Positions 1 through 12,225 of a stretch of DNA of 64,000 nt are shown here, piece after piece. The notes below the pieces were generated by a model. The model saw only the letters and a program-made list of their open reading frames with translations, was not told where the DNA came from and ran no database searches. Source of the stretch: Lama guanicoe (lineage: Eukaryota); assembly GCA_013239625.1 (NCBI GenBank), contig MU053416.1, positions 47,562 through 111,561 on the forward strand, read 5' to 3'. How positions within the stretch are numbered: position 1 is the first letter of the stretch; the number at the start of each line of letters is the position of its first letter. A program made the position numbers and the translations under genes.

Positions 1-418
1 GAAGGGGCATACAAAATTAAAGGGCAAAGACAGAAAAATGATAAATACTCTACAAAGTTAATAAAATACATACACTATGGATCAGATAAGCAATTCTAAG
101 TAATATCTAATTGAAACATGACCATGAGGTAAAACGTCTCTCCTGTCAGTAGATGGCCAACAGAAAATAGAATTAAGACAACAAACTAAAAGTCTAAGTC
201 TGGCGAGGTACAGAAGGCTACCAGCTAAATGTGTCTTCTTCTGGAAAAGAGGGAGGCTCACCAGCTCTTTACTGTGGAGCCTGAGCCGAGGGGAAGGCGG
301 TGAAGTGAGCTCTGTAAGTACCCAATTAGCAAAGTGAGTGATGAATAAAGAGACGTGAGCTTTGATAACAGAGATGATACTACTATTCACTTGTCCTTAA
401 AGTATGTCTTCACATTCA

Positions 419-501
419 GTGATCAATACCTCGGGGTCCTCAGGGATTGAGATTATAGGAAGGTGATCAATACCTCGGGGTCCTCAGGGATTGAGATTAT
501 A
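419..501. repeat. Short tandem duplication (39-bp perfect copies, 44-bp period)
   Basis: gtgatcaatacctcggggtcctcagggattgagattata at 419-457 and 463-501. Confidence 0.95.
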
Positions 502-565
502 AGAAAATGCACAGCCCAGGCCCAGACATCCAATGTGAGCTCGTGGCACTGCACTTAGGTGTCTG

Positions 566-2935
566 AAGGGCACCTCCAACTCTACCTGCACAGAGCTGAC
601 TTCACGGTGTTCCTCCCATAGCCATCCTGCCCAGGGCCCCTGGTCCGGGGGAAAGGTCTCCCTGCCTCTCCCAGCTCAGGCCCATCACTCACAGATGTGC
701 CTGGACCCCTCCTTCAGGGCTCAGATTTCCTCAGTCACCGAGTCCCACCGCCCACACCTGTCCTACCAGGTACTCACTGGCACTCACTCAGCACTGACTC
801 TGTGCTGGGGACCACACTGCACACTGTGCACACGTTATCTCACTGGATCTCCACAACAGTCCGGGGAAGTGGGTACATCACTGCTCCAATTGATTAGATA
901 AATTGTTTCACATCCTTGAGTGCGTCATCCAAAATGACACGGCTACTGAGCCACAGACCTGGGACTGAAAACCACTTGAAAATTGAATACCGCTACACCT
1001 TGCAGTCACCCTACTCTGACTCATCTCATCACCTCCTGCAGAGCCTTCTAAATGTTTCCAAGCATTCTACAAGCACAAAAGTGATCTACGAGAGCATCCC
1101 ACTCCCCTACTTAAAATCTGTCAATGATGGTCCCCTGCCCTTAAGAGAAAGCCCCACCAGGCCTGAGCACAGCGCAACGGCCCGGCATCCTTATTCCCTG
1201 CACAGCAGCGCAGCCACACCCACCACGCAGCTCTACACGGGCCGTGTCCAGGACAAGGATGCTGACTCCGTACAACCCGGGGCTCATCTCACTCGAACAA
1301 TGATTACCCTCTTCAGTGGTCACCCTCTTCAATGCTGACGCTCAGAAAAATTTTTTCTCAGGATGAATGTATATATTTTTCCTTAGAACTTGCAGTCATT
1401 GATAATGAGCTCCCCCCAAAAGAGAGAAGACCTAATCCTCAGTCTCCTTATCTGTAAAGTGGGAATAACAAGGAAATATGTGAGGTTTTAAGAGAAATAA
1501 TATTCATTTGAGGCTGAGGGACAATTCCCAACACACAGTAAGCACTCAATATGTGCTTCCTTAATATTAATAAGAATATATTCCATTCCAGGAACCTTAA
1601 ATCAATGTTTTATGGCTTTGTCCAACAGACTACAGACAAAGTGTTGGACGAACCCCTTTGAGCAGATCAGCACAAGNNNNNNNNNNNNNNNNNNNNNNNN
1701 NNNNNNNNNNNNNNNNNNNNNNNNNNNNNNNNNNNNNNNNNNNNNNNNNNNNNNNNNNNNNNNNNNNNNNNNNNNNNNNNNNNNNNNNNNNNNNNNNNNN
1801 NNNNNNNNNNNNNNNNNNNNNNNNAAGGGCACCTCCAACTCTACCTGCACAGAGCTGACTTCACGGTGTTCCTCCCATAGCCATCCTGCCCAGGGCCCCT
1901 GGTCCGGGGGAAAGGTCTCCCTGCCTCTCCCAGCTCAGGCCCATCACTCACAGATGTGCCTGGACCCCTCCTTCAGGGCTCAGATTTCCTCAGTCACCGA
2001 GTCCCACCGCCCACACCTGTCCTACCAGGTACTCACTGGCACTCACTCAGCACTGACTCTGTGCTGGGGACCACACTGCACACTGTGCACACGTTATCTC
2101 ACTGGATCTCCACAACAGTCCGGGGAAGTGGGTACATCACTGCTCCAATTGATTAGATAAATTGTTTCACATCCTTGAGTGCGTCATCCAAAATGACACG
2201 GCTACTGAGCCACAGACCTGGGACTGAAAACCACTTGAAAATTGAACACCGCTACACCTCGCAGTCACCCTACTCTGACTCATCTCATCACCTCCTGCAG
2301 AGCCTTCTAAATGTTTCCAAGCATTCTACAAGCACAAAAGTGATCTACGAGAGCATCCCACTCCCCTACTTAAAATCTGTCAATGATGGTCCCCTGCCCT
2401 TAAGAGAAAGCCCCACCAGGCCTGAGCACAGCGCAACGGCCCGGCATCCTTATTCCCTGCACAGCAGCGCAGCCACACCCACCACGCAGCTCTACACGGG
2501 CCGTGTCCAGGACAAGGATGCTGACTCCGTACAACCCGGGGCTCATCTCACTCGAACAATGATTACCCTCTTCAGTGGTCACCCTCTTCAATGCTGACGC
2601 TCAGAAAAATTTTTTCTCAGGATGAATGTATATATTTTTCCTTAGAACTTGCAGTCATTGATAATGAGCTCCCCCCAAAAGAGAGAAGACCTAATCCTCA
2701 GTCTCCTTATCTGTAAAGTGGGAATAACAAGGAAATATGTGAGGTTTTAAGAGAAATAATATTCATTTGAGGCTGAGGGACAATTCCCAACACACAGTAA
2801 GCACTCAATATGTGCTTCCTTAATATTAATAAGAATATATTCCATTCCAGGAACCTTAAATCAATGTTTTATGGCTTTGTCCAACAGACTACAGACAAAG
2901 TGTTGGACGAACCCCTTTGAGCAGATCAGCACAAG
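566..2935. repeat. 1111-bp direct duplication flanking an N gap (566-1676 = 1825-2935)
   Basis: Copies are identical except for about 2 substitutions seen near 988/1001. Both ends abut the gap exactly, and duplicate ORFs appear in the track. Confidence 0.95.
1677..1824. other. Assembly gap (N)
   Basis: Run of N. Confidence 1.
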
Positions 2936-4291
2936 TGTACTGGGAGAGGTAAGCGCTGACTCCAGTTACAGCTGCAGCCACCCAGCACTACGGGGCGGGG
3001 CAGTTTGCTCAAACTCTTACATGTTGTTGAGCATTTAGTTGTCGTTATTGAATAAAGACAGGTGTTCTTTAGTCAAAGCTCCTGAAACATAAATCTTCAA
3101 AGATTGATGCAAATTGGGTTTCAAGTACAACACTCTCACTACAAATTATTTGAAAATGATAGTCTTTGCTCCTCTGTACACCAAAGGGCATGTTCTTAAT
3201 GTATCTGACTATATACACTGAAAGGATTGTTTAAAAGAAATTAAGATGAAGCCACCCTGAATAAGCTCTCAGTATCATCTGCACAAAGCCCCACCCAAAG
3301 GTCTCATTTCTCACTTCCACTGAAGTGTTCAGGTAGCTTAACCTGGGTCTTGGTTTCTTATAACACGGGGGTGGGAAGAGTTGTAGATAGATTTATGTAG
3401 CAAATATAAACCTAGGGTATTTGCTGTGTAGGAATCCTAGAAATAAAGAAATTGATATATAGTCCCACCCTTAATAAGGTCAGACTTTCCATTTACAACA
3501 GCATTAAAAATAAAATGAGAGATACATTTAACAAAAATTTGCATGATTTGTACATTGAGCATTTTGAAGTATCACTGAAAAAGTATTTAAAAGATCTACA
3601 TATATGGAAGACATCCCATATTCATGGAATGGTAGACAATATTGTTAAAAATGTTAAGACTCCCCAAAGTGATCTACAAATTCAATGGAATCCCTATCAA
3701 AATTCCAGGTGACTTCTTTGCAAAAATGGAAAAACTGATCCCAAAATTCATATGGAAGTGCAAGGGGCCCAGGACAGCCAAAACAATCTTGAAAAAAAGA
3801 GCAAAGTTGTAGCACTCACTTTAAAGGTTACTGCAAATCTATAGTACTCAAGTCATTATGGTACTGGCATAAGTTTGGATACATAAATCTTTGAGACACA
3901 ATAAAAAATCCGGGGGGGGGAAACTTATGTTAACAGTCAGTTTTCCACAAGGGTGCCAACAACACTCCATTGAAAGAATAGTCTATTCAACCAATGGTGC
4001 AGGGACACCTGGGTATTTGCAGGCAAAGGAATGAATCTGGAACCTGGGTCCCCCTATTGTATATAACCAATAAAAATTAATTCAAAATGGATCACAGACA
4101 GAAACGTAAAAACTAAATCTATAAACTTTCTAAAAGAAGACAGTATAAATCTTTGTGGTCCTAGAATAGGCTATGGTTTCCTAGATACAACACCAAGAGC
4201 ACAAGTGATAAGAAAAAAACAGATAAACTGGACTTCATCAAAATTAAAACCTTTTTGTTACAAAGGACATCATCAAGAAGGTGAACTGAAA

Positions 4292-4405
4292 GGGGAAGGG
4301 GGTAGCTCAAGTGATAGAGTGCGAGCTTGGCAAAAATCAATCAATCAGTCAATCAATCAATCAAATTACCTCTCCTATAAAGAAATTGTTTTAATGTTTA
4401 AAAAA
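4292..4405 (+). mobile_element. Internally deleted camelid tRNA-derived SINE nested in L1
   Basis: ggggaaggggggtagctcaagtgatagagtgcgagcttggc head, (tcaa)n tract and A-rich tail. Confidence 0.65.
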
Positions 4406-4825
4406 AGCAAAGTGAAACAACAATCTGCAGAATAGGAGAAAAATTTTGCAAAGCATGTATCTAATAAGAGACTAGTATCCAGGATATATAACAAATGCTT
4501 ACAACTGAATAATACAAAGAAAATCGACCCAATTTTTAAATTTGCCAAGGATTTAAATAGATACACAAATGGCCAATAAGCATATGAAAAGATGCTCAGC
4601 ATCACTAGCCAAATCAAAATCAAAATGATATCTCATTTTACAAGCACTAGGATGGTTATAACCAAAACATGGACAATAACAAATGTCGGTAACGAGGCAG
4701 AGAAATGGGAACCCTCATATGTGGCCGTTGGAAAGGAACATTGGTGCAGCTTCTTTGGAAAAGTCTGGTGTTTCCTCAAAAGGTTAGAGTTATCATATGG
4801 CTCAGCAATTCCTCTCGTACATATA

Positions 4826-4965
4826 GAGTCATCCCTTAGTATCCTCAGGGGGTTGTTTTTTGGAACCCCCCACCCTGGATACCATAATCCAAGGATGTTC
4901 GAGTCCCTTTACAATTAGCCGTCTGGATCCATAAAGTGGTAACTACAGATATGGCGGGCAAACTG
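4826..4965. mobile_element. MER2/Tigger-like non-autonomous DNA transposon nested in L1
   Basis: Imperfect terminal inverted repeats (gagtcatcccttagtatcc ... gatatggcgggcaaactg) flanked by TA on both sides. Confidence 0.7.
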
Positions 4966-5094
4966 TACAGCCAAGAGAATGAAAGCATATTCTCACAAAA
5001 ACTTGCACATCAATAATCATAGCAGTATCATTCAGAGTAGCCAAAAGTTACAAACAATATCCATCCATCAATGAATGGATACACAAAATTATCA

Positions 5095-6585
5095 AGAATA
5101 GTCCCACAAACTTTTGGTCATTGAAACTTTGACAAAGGAGTTGAGAACATACAATGGAGTAAAGACAGCCTCTTCAGCAAATAGTGTAGGGAAAACTGGA
5201 CAGATGCATGTAAATCGATGAAGTTTGACTACTCCCTCACAGCATACATAAAAATAAATTCAAAATGGCTTAAAGACTTAAACATGTAGACAAGACACTA
5301 TAAACCTGTTAGAAGAAAGCATAGGCAAAACATCTGACATACATCTCAGCAATGTTCTCCTAGAGCAGTCTACTCAAGCAATAGAAATACAAGCAAAAAT
5401 ATACAAGTGGGAGCTAATTAAACTTACAAGCTTTTGCACAGCAAAGGAAACAATAAGCAAAACAAAAAGACAACTTATGGAATGGGAGAAAATATTTGCA
5501 ATAAATGAGACAGACAAGGGCTTAATTCCCAGAATATATAAACAGCTTTTACACTTAATAAGAAAGAAAAACAAACAATTCAATCCAAAAATGGGCAGAA
5601 GACCTAAACAAACATTTCTCCAATGAAAACATACAAGTGGCCAATAGGCACATGAAACAATGCTCAATATCATTATCAGAGAAATGAAAATCAAAAGTAC
5701 AATCAAGTATCACCTCACACCAGTCAGAATAGCCATCATTCAGAAGTTAACAAACAATAAATGCTGGAGAGGGTGTGGAGAAATGGGAACCCTCCTACAC
5801 TGTGGTGGAAATGCAGTTTGGTGGAGCCATTGTGGAAAACAGTATGGAGACTCCTTAAAAGACAAAAAACTGACTTCCCATATGACCCAGCAATCCCACC
5901 CCTGGGCATATATCCAGAAAGAACTCTAATTCAAAAAGACACCTGCACCCCAATGTTCACAGCAGCACAATTTACAATAGCCAAGACATGGAAACAACCT
6001 AAATGTGCACTGACAGATGACTGCATAAAGAGGTTATAGTATATTTATACAATAGACTACTACTCAGACATAAAAAATAATAAAATAATGCCATTTGCAG
6101 CAACATGAATGGACCTGGAGAATGTCATTCTAAGAGAAGTAAGCCAGAAAGAGAAAGAAAAATACCATATGAGATCGCTCATATGTGGAATAAAACAAAA
6201 CAAAACAAAACAAAAAAAAACCCAAAACAAAAAAGGACAAACTTATCTACAGAACAGAAATAGACACAGAGACATAGAAAGCAAACTATGGTTACCAGAG
6301 AGGAGAGGGTGTGGGAAGGGATAAATTGGGAGTTCAAGATTTGCAGATACTGACTATGTACAGAATAGACAGCAACTTAATACTGTATAGCACAGAGAAA
6401 TATATTTAATATCTTATAGTAACTTATGTTGGAAAAGAATATGAAAATGAATACATGTATGTTCCTATATAACTGAAGTGTTGTGTTGTACACAAGAAAC
6501 TGATGCAACATTATAAACTGACTAGAATTCAATGAAAATATTTTTAAATAGACAAAAACAAAAACAAAACAAAAAAAGAAAAAGG
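5095..6585 (+). mobile_element. Younger 5'-truncated L1 (ORF2 C-terminus, 3'UTR, A-rich tail) inserted into the older L1
   Basis: ORF fragments [17 protein letters not shown] and [13 protein letters not shown] match the L1 ORF2 C-terminal region; artiodactyl-type 3'UTR; A-rich tail at 6552-6584. Confidence 0.92.
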
Positions 6586-6616
6586 ATATTATTAAACGAA
6601 AAGAATAAATTACTGA

Positions 6617-7018
6617 TGTGAAGGAAAAGCCCAGCTGGGCTAACAAGCTAAGTCAGAAATCTGTGATAAGTGTCGGTTTACTGATTTAAGTTCTGCTGGG
6701 CTAACTCATAAATCTGAAGTTTAGTGTCAGTTTACTGGGCTAACAAGCTAACTCGTAAATCCAAGCTCAACAAGTGTCAGTAACGTGATCTGTTCCGAAT
6801 TGATAAGCTGCAGTGTACTGATTCCTTGCTTTTTTTGTTTGAGACTTATTGGCTAATAGCCCCATACTTGTAATTAACCCTATAAAAAACCTCATGTTCT
6901 TGGAGGTGCTCAGAGCTTCGGAGCAGGAGCCCCTCGGAGCCCGCCGGTGTAAAAAATCTGAGTACTCCAACCCTCCGAGTGGTGCTTGTTTCTTGGCTGG
7001 CCTGTCATTTCCGTAACA
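6617..7018 (+). mobile_element. Young ERV solo LTR (ERV1-like, 4-bp TSD CTGA)
   Basis: TG...CA termini, CTGA at 6613-6616 and 7019-7022, TATA box at 6881, internal U3 tandem repeats. It interrupts an L1 3'UTR. Confidence 0.9.
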
Positions 7019-7439
7019 CTGATTCGGGCTACAACATGGATGAACCTTGAAACAGTATACTAAAATAAGCCAGACACAAAAGGGCAAATACTGCCCTTTT
7101 AGGTGAAGTGTATCTAAGTGTTCATTGTACTACTCCTGTAAATTTTCTATCAAAATAAAAATAAAGTGTATTATTCATTAAAAATACATAAAACGATTCC
7201 TCACAGGAGGGCTTTAAATATTAAATGCAGAAATGCATGTAAAGCTCCTGGAACAACACTTTGCATGTCCACAGTCACTGCTGTCACTGCCACTCAGAGG
7301 GTGGTGCCAGCGCTGATGAGAGCTGCCTCCACTCAGTCCTATGCAGACAGGAGTGAGAGCCTGGTCTCTGACAGGCAGGGTGATCATGAACCTGAGTCAG
7401 ACACAGCCCCGCCCCAGAATCTGCGTTACCCAACATTTT

Positions 7440-7612
7440 TATACAAACTGCTACATATAACGTAAACACGCTAGAGGGATGTATCTTACAACACAGGGAA
7501 TACAGCCATTCTTTTACAATAACTATAAATGGAGCATCTATTGTACACCTGAAACTTATATCATATTGTAAATCAGCTATACATTTACAAAAAATTAAAA
7601 AATAATTTAAAA
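7440..7612 (+). mobile_element. Short L1 3'-end fragment
   Basis: acaacacagggaatacagcc...tgtacacctgaaact...tattgtaaatcagctatac followed by an A-rich tail. Confidence 0.75.
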
Positions 7613-7949
7613 ATGTTATCACTTTAATATTCAATTTGGTTTTTTAAGTAACTACTAAACAGCTTAGAACGTATAAAAGCATTTAAGTGTGATAAGTTTG
7701 TTTACATATATATTTACTTTCAGCCTCCTGCTAAAAGAGAAATTTAACAATTTTTTAAACACAGCTTAACAACCATAACAAGAAAAAGACAAAATGAGAG
7801 TGAAGAGAAAATGGGGATTCAATAGTTAAATGAAACCAGGGGGAGATAAAGTCATAAAAATGGATGCCATGAAGTCAGGGTAAGTGTTAAAGGCCGACTA
7901 GAAATTCAGCTGTAATATTCTTGGCAGCCAAAGCAAAAAGAAAGATGAT

Positions 7950-8155
7950 GGGGTGGGTGGTAGAGCTCAGTGGTAGAGCGTGTGCTCAGCGTGCATGGGG
8001 TCCTGGGTTCAAGCCCCAGGGCCTCCACTAACAGATAAATACACCTAATTACCTACCCCCCCAAAGAGCCCCAAAGAAAAGAAAAAGAAATTTCTTTCCT
8101 AAAAATATCTGATATTAAATTTAGATTAAATACATAAAAAAAATGAAAAATCAAA
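7950..8155 (+). mobile_element. Camelid tRNA-derived SINE
   Basis: gctcagtggtagagcg...gtcctgggttcaagccccag (Pol III A/B boxes), A-rich tail, and aaagatga repeated on both flanks as a TSD. Confidence 0.88.
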
Positions 8156-8410
8156 AAAGATGAGTGACAGAAGCCATAATGCCCGTGAGATAAATCTGCG
8201 GTGGCTGCTGGCAGGTCCCCATGTCCCACGTGGGAAAATCTGAAACATCCTTCTCACTACTCAACCATCCTCAGCCCACCCCACCCCACCCCCTGTTAAA
8301 TGCAGGAGCACAGGAAGGGCCCAGCCTTTGCTCTCTCTGTGTCATCACAGTGAGACAGGATGGAAGGGGGCAGAGCACAGCCATTCAAGAAGGCCACAGT
8401 ACACACCCAT

Positions 8411-8881
8411 TGTAATAGTAACATGGTGAATAACATGCCCCCAGGCACCAAGGCAGTCCCAAGGCTAACCACAAAACATCACAGGGTGGGAAATGACCAA
8501 TTCTCTGGGAATCCCAGCCCCTTGCCCTAAGGCTGGTCCTTCTACTTATTAGCATATGAAACCACCAAGCCCATGAAAACCAGCAACACAGCGCCCCCTC
8601 GCTGTCACTCCTCTCTCTCCCTCTTCGGAGAAGGCCCACACTCTGTCTGTGGAGTGTGTACCTACTTTTAATCTGAGCATCCAACCCCCACACCTCGTGG
8701 CCTTTCTCTTGTCTTTCAATATATCTCTCTGAATAAATCTACCTTTTCTCAACAGTGACTTGCTCTTGAATTCTTTCCTGCATGAAGCCAAGGACCCACA
8801 TCTGGCGGGGCACATCCCAGAGGCTCAACCAAAGCCTGGGACACAGCCCTTCTCAAGCCCCACATTTTTTTTCTTGTATCA
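8411..8881 (+). mobile_element. ERV1-type solo LTR (second family)
   Basis: TGT start, AATAAA near 8742, ttgaattctttcctgcatgaagccaaggaccc U5-like motif, CA end. TSD is not clean. Confidence 0.7.
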
Positions 8882-10558
8882 ACAGGACTGGGTTTGAAGA
8901 GAGATCTGAGTCCCCAGCTAAGGGACAGAAGCAGCCCCCAGGGCTCGAATTGGTGGGCAGCCCCTCCCCAAGCAGGGACCCTGGGGTCGGCCCGGGTCTC
9001 TGTCTTTCCCTGTTGTGCTGACTCCCCAGCCAGAGAGCGTTCTTCCTAGGCCTGTCCCCACAAAACCCTTCTCTCTAAAATACAAGCACATCATGTCACA
9101 GTCCTCGTGTTCAACCAGGTAATGTTGAGCCCACTTTTTCTTTCCCCAGTAAAGAACCTAACTGTCCTTCCTCTCATCCCACCACTTCTTTCTTTGTGAG
9201 AACTTTGCACTCCCCATACACCATCCTGAACGCAGGCGCCTTGCTGGCTGGGACCAGAGATGTTTCAGTCTCACACAGCCTGCATCCTTTCACTTTCCCC
9301 TTGCTACCTTAAAAAAGCCTTTCCTGAGTCTCCCACCCCTCTGATTCTGAACTTCACGAAGTGCTGAGGTTAAAGTCACTATGTGTATACCCCCTAGGTT
9401 TTGGCTAGGTTTCCTTCGCAAGATCTTCATTAAGGAGTTACATCAAGAAGCTTAAAGAGGCTATTCTTACATCTGAGTGGAGCAGCCTGCATAAAATTTA
9501 AATGGCTTTGAAGAGAGAGTGAACCAGGGACAGAGAGGTCGCAGGTCCTAGTCAACAGTGTCATGAGGCAAAATGTTCTTCAAAGGCTCAGAGTGGCTTC
9601 TGAACACGGAGTCGGCAGGGAGGAGGTACCAGGCAGTGAGTGACACTGGGTACGCTCCCCCAGCTGGGGAAGTATTGGGTTTTTTTTTGTTTGTTTGTTT
9701 TCCAAACAATTTCTTACTAACTTTTTCACTTATTGTCACATACCATTTCCTACGAATTAAGAATGTCAATGTCAGTCATTGGGCCACTTGGGAGAAGATA
9801 CACGATGCCATCCACAAGGCTGGGTCATGAAAGCCACACCAGTCTAGGTTGAAAGACCAGTGGGGGTATTTCCAAGGTGACCACGGGCATGCAGCAAACT
9901 CCCCAGCTTCAATGACTTCATCTCAAAGGTGGGGCCAAAAAAAATACTGAGCAAAGTGCATGATGATTATGGCCGACATCTGTTTACTAGGTAAGTGCCC
10001 GTGACAGCTGCTGCTTAATGGGGAATGAGTATGATCAATGAGGCCCAGTCTACCTGGTCACACGTGCCCTGCCTTCCTGCTTGGTGCAGCAGCAGAGCTT
10101 GTTTAGCTGAGATGAACGCCCCCAGAGCAGCCCCGACGGGAAAGCTCCCAGCTTTGCACGGCGAGGCGTGTTCCTTTCCTTCTCAGAGCTGATCACAGTT
10201 TGCAGTCATCTCTTTCTATGTTTATTCCTTTAGTAACTGCCTTCCCTCTGGAGTTTTTGCTTAAGCAGCACAGGGCCAGGTGTGTCTTGTTGCCTACTGG
10301 ATATTCTGGGCTGGGAGACAGGCGACCCCACGTCTGGCTCTGGTGCTGAACGGAGAGGGCAGAAAGCACAAGGGCCCATGCTGAACCGAGGCCCCTGCAC
10401 CCAAAATTATGGTCTGACTTGGGGCAAATTACACAGTCTTCTTTACCCTGAGATTCCTCATCTGTCCATGAAAATAACAGCCCATGGCACACAGAGTTAC
10501 AAGGATTAAAGGAAATCACCAAATTCACAACCTATTCAAGGGGCTACCAGTGCATCCT

Positions 10559-10628
10559 CAACAGACACATGCTGCCTTTATGGCTCTGACACACAACAGA
10601 CCATGCTGCCTTTATGGCTCTGACACAC
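10559..10628. repeat. Short tandem duplication (~34-bp period)
   Basis: catgctgcctttatggctctgacacac at 10568-10594 and 10602-10628. Confidence 0.9.
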
Positions 10629-10736
10629 CCCAAGCGGGGCGGACGCACACAGTGAACATTGCTAAGTGCCAGTGTGTTAAGTGCTTCATGTGTGTTATAA
10701 TACTGTTTACAACTTACAACAAACCCAGGAAGGAAA

Positions 10737-11249
10737 TGTGACGGAAATGACAGGCCAGCCAAGAAACAAGCACCACTCGGAGGGTTGGAGTACTCAGATT
10801 TATTACGCCGGCGGGCTCCGAGGGGCTCCTGCTCCGAAGCTCTGAGCACCTCCAAGACGTGCACATGAGGTTTTATAGGGTTAATTACAAGTATGGGGCT
10901 ATTAGCCAATAAGTCTCAAACAAAAAAAGCAAGGAATCAGTACACTGCAGCTTATCAATTCGGAACAGATCACGTTACTGACACTTGTTGAGCTTGGATT
11001 TACGAGTTAGCTTGTTAGCCCAGTAAACTGACATTAAACTTTAGATTTACAAGTTAGTCCGGCAGAACTTATATCAGTAAACTGACACTTATCACACTTA
11101 GATTTGTGACTGAGCTCGTTAGCCCAATAGACTGACACTAAACTTCAGATTTATGAGTTAGCCCAGCAGAACTCAGATCAGTAATCCGACACTTGTTACA
11201 TTTAGATTTGTGAGTTATCTTGTTAGCCCAGCTGGGCTTTTTCTTCACA
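10737..11249 (-). mobile_element. Young ERV solo LTR, same family as 6617-7018, opposite orientation, inserted in a MIR
   Basis: Reverse complement is nearly identical to 6617-7018, about 110 bp longer, mostly from an extra U3 repeat unit; AATAAA is intact. Confidence 0.9.
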
Positions 11250-11729
11250 AAACGAATATTATCATGCCCATTTCACAGATTCACCAACAGGTTAAGGGAG
11301 GTTACATTCTAGTCCACGGCCCTATGGTGAGGAAATGGTGATTTAAACCTGAATCTGGGCCCAGTCCTGGTCTCCATCTCTCTCCTGTCCACCTGACCAC
11401 TTGCCTATAAATCCACCTGTCCGATACACAAGTTTGCAGCTGGCCAGCTCTTAAATGCAATGTGTGCCACCGTTTGTCAATGTTGGTTAATTACCATAAA
11501 CTGTTCTCAGAAACCGCTACAGAAAAGAAAGTTGTACTCACGTCCCTGCCCACAAAGAGGAATTCTGCCTTGCCTTCTCCTGTAATGTGCAGAAACCCTT
11601 CCCTACACCACCAAATCCTTTTGTATGCTTCCTCCGTGTTTATGTTTGCACACGGCTTATTAAAGTAGAAGGTACCTGCAGTAATTCCATCTCGGTTCCT
11701 TTCCAAGTTTCCAGATTATCCATATTCAG

Positions 11730-12225
11730 TCTGTGAAAGAAATTACTACAATGTGAATGAAAATACTGCAACCATGTCAGTATACAAAGAATGCTGAAAC
11801 CAAGTCATCAGAGGCTGCCGCCATACCCCAGCGAGGACAGGCCTGCAGCCCAGCTTCTGCAGCCACTCACAGTGGTGCCCTCTGAATGGACTCAGAATAA
11901 GAAAGGACAGGTTACTGGCCCTAGATAGCTAGGAGCTTGTCAAAGGAATTAATTCAATGACCCAAATGTTTGCTTCCTCCCATACATAGAAAAGCACTAA
12001 ATTATTGAACTTGAGATACTTGGCTTTCTTTAGATAACAAGCAATCTTCTATTGTTCCATCTACCTGATCTTTGTTGTAAAGCTCCTATATAATCCTAGC
12101 TCATCCCCTACCTCTTGGGAACAGTCCCTCAGAGTGATCTGAGAGGCTGTCATCCCAGCTCGAGTCCTCCCGCCAAATAAAACATAACTCTTAAGTGTTA
12201 GGCTGCACGTTTATTTCAATCAAGT
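11730..12225 (+). mobile_element. ERV1-type solo LTR (third family), boundaries approximate
   Basis: TATA-like cctatataat near 12087, ctcagagtgatctgagaggctgtc R-like motif, aataaaacataactc polyA region. Confidence 0.65.

Larger units (their letters stand above)
3440..5090 (+). mobile_element. Old L1 (L1M-type) ORF2 3' region/3'UTR fragment
   Basis: Typical L1 motifs (atatggaagacatcccatattcatgg, ccccaaagtgatctacaaattcaat, ctggacttcatcaaaattaaaac, tggccaataagcatatgaaaagatgctc). Confidence 0.88.

Noticed and set aside
419..501. CRISPR-like or other prokaryotic repeat array (also 10559-10628 and the LTR U3 repeats)
   Set aside because: Only two adjacent copies with no unique spacers; the context is mammalian with no cas or bacterial genes.
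916..2597. Duplicated 140-aa ORFs as a tandem gene pair
   Set aside because: They result from the gap-flanking duplication, have a non-ATG start and show no recognisable homology.
5374..6324. ORFs of 70-110 aa as host genes (also 26921-27415)
   Set aside because: They are sense or antisense readings of L1 ORF2/3'UTR remnants.
7950..8030. tRNA genes (also 31309, 33066, 38193, 49604)
   Set aside because: tRNA-like heads with A-rich tails and flanking repeats are SINEs, not intact cloverleaf tRNAs.
6617..11249. Full-length provirus bounded by the two similar LTRs
   Set aside because: The LTRs are inverted rather than direct, the first has its own TSD on both sides, and there is no gag/pol/env between them.
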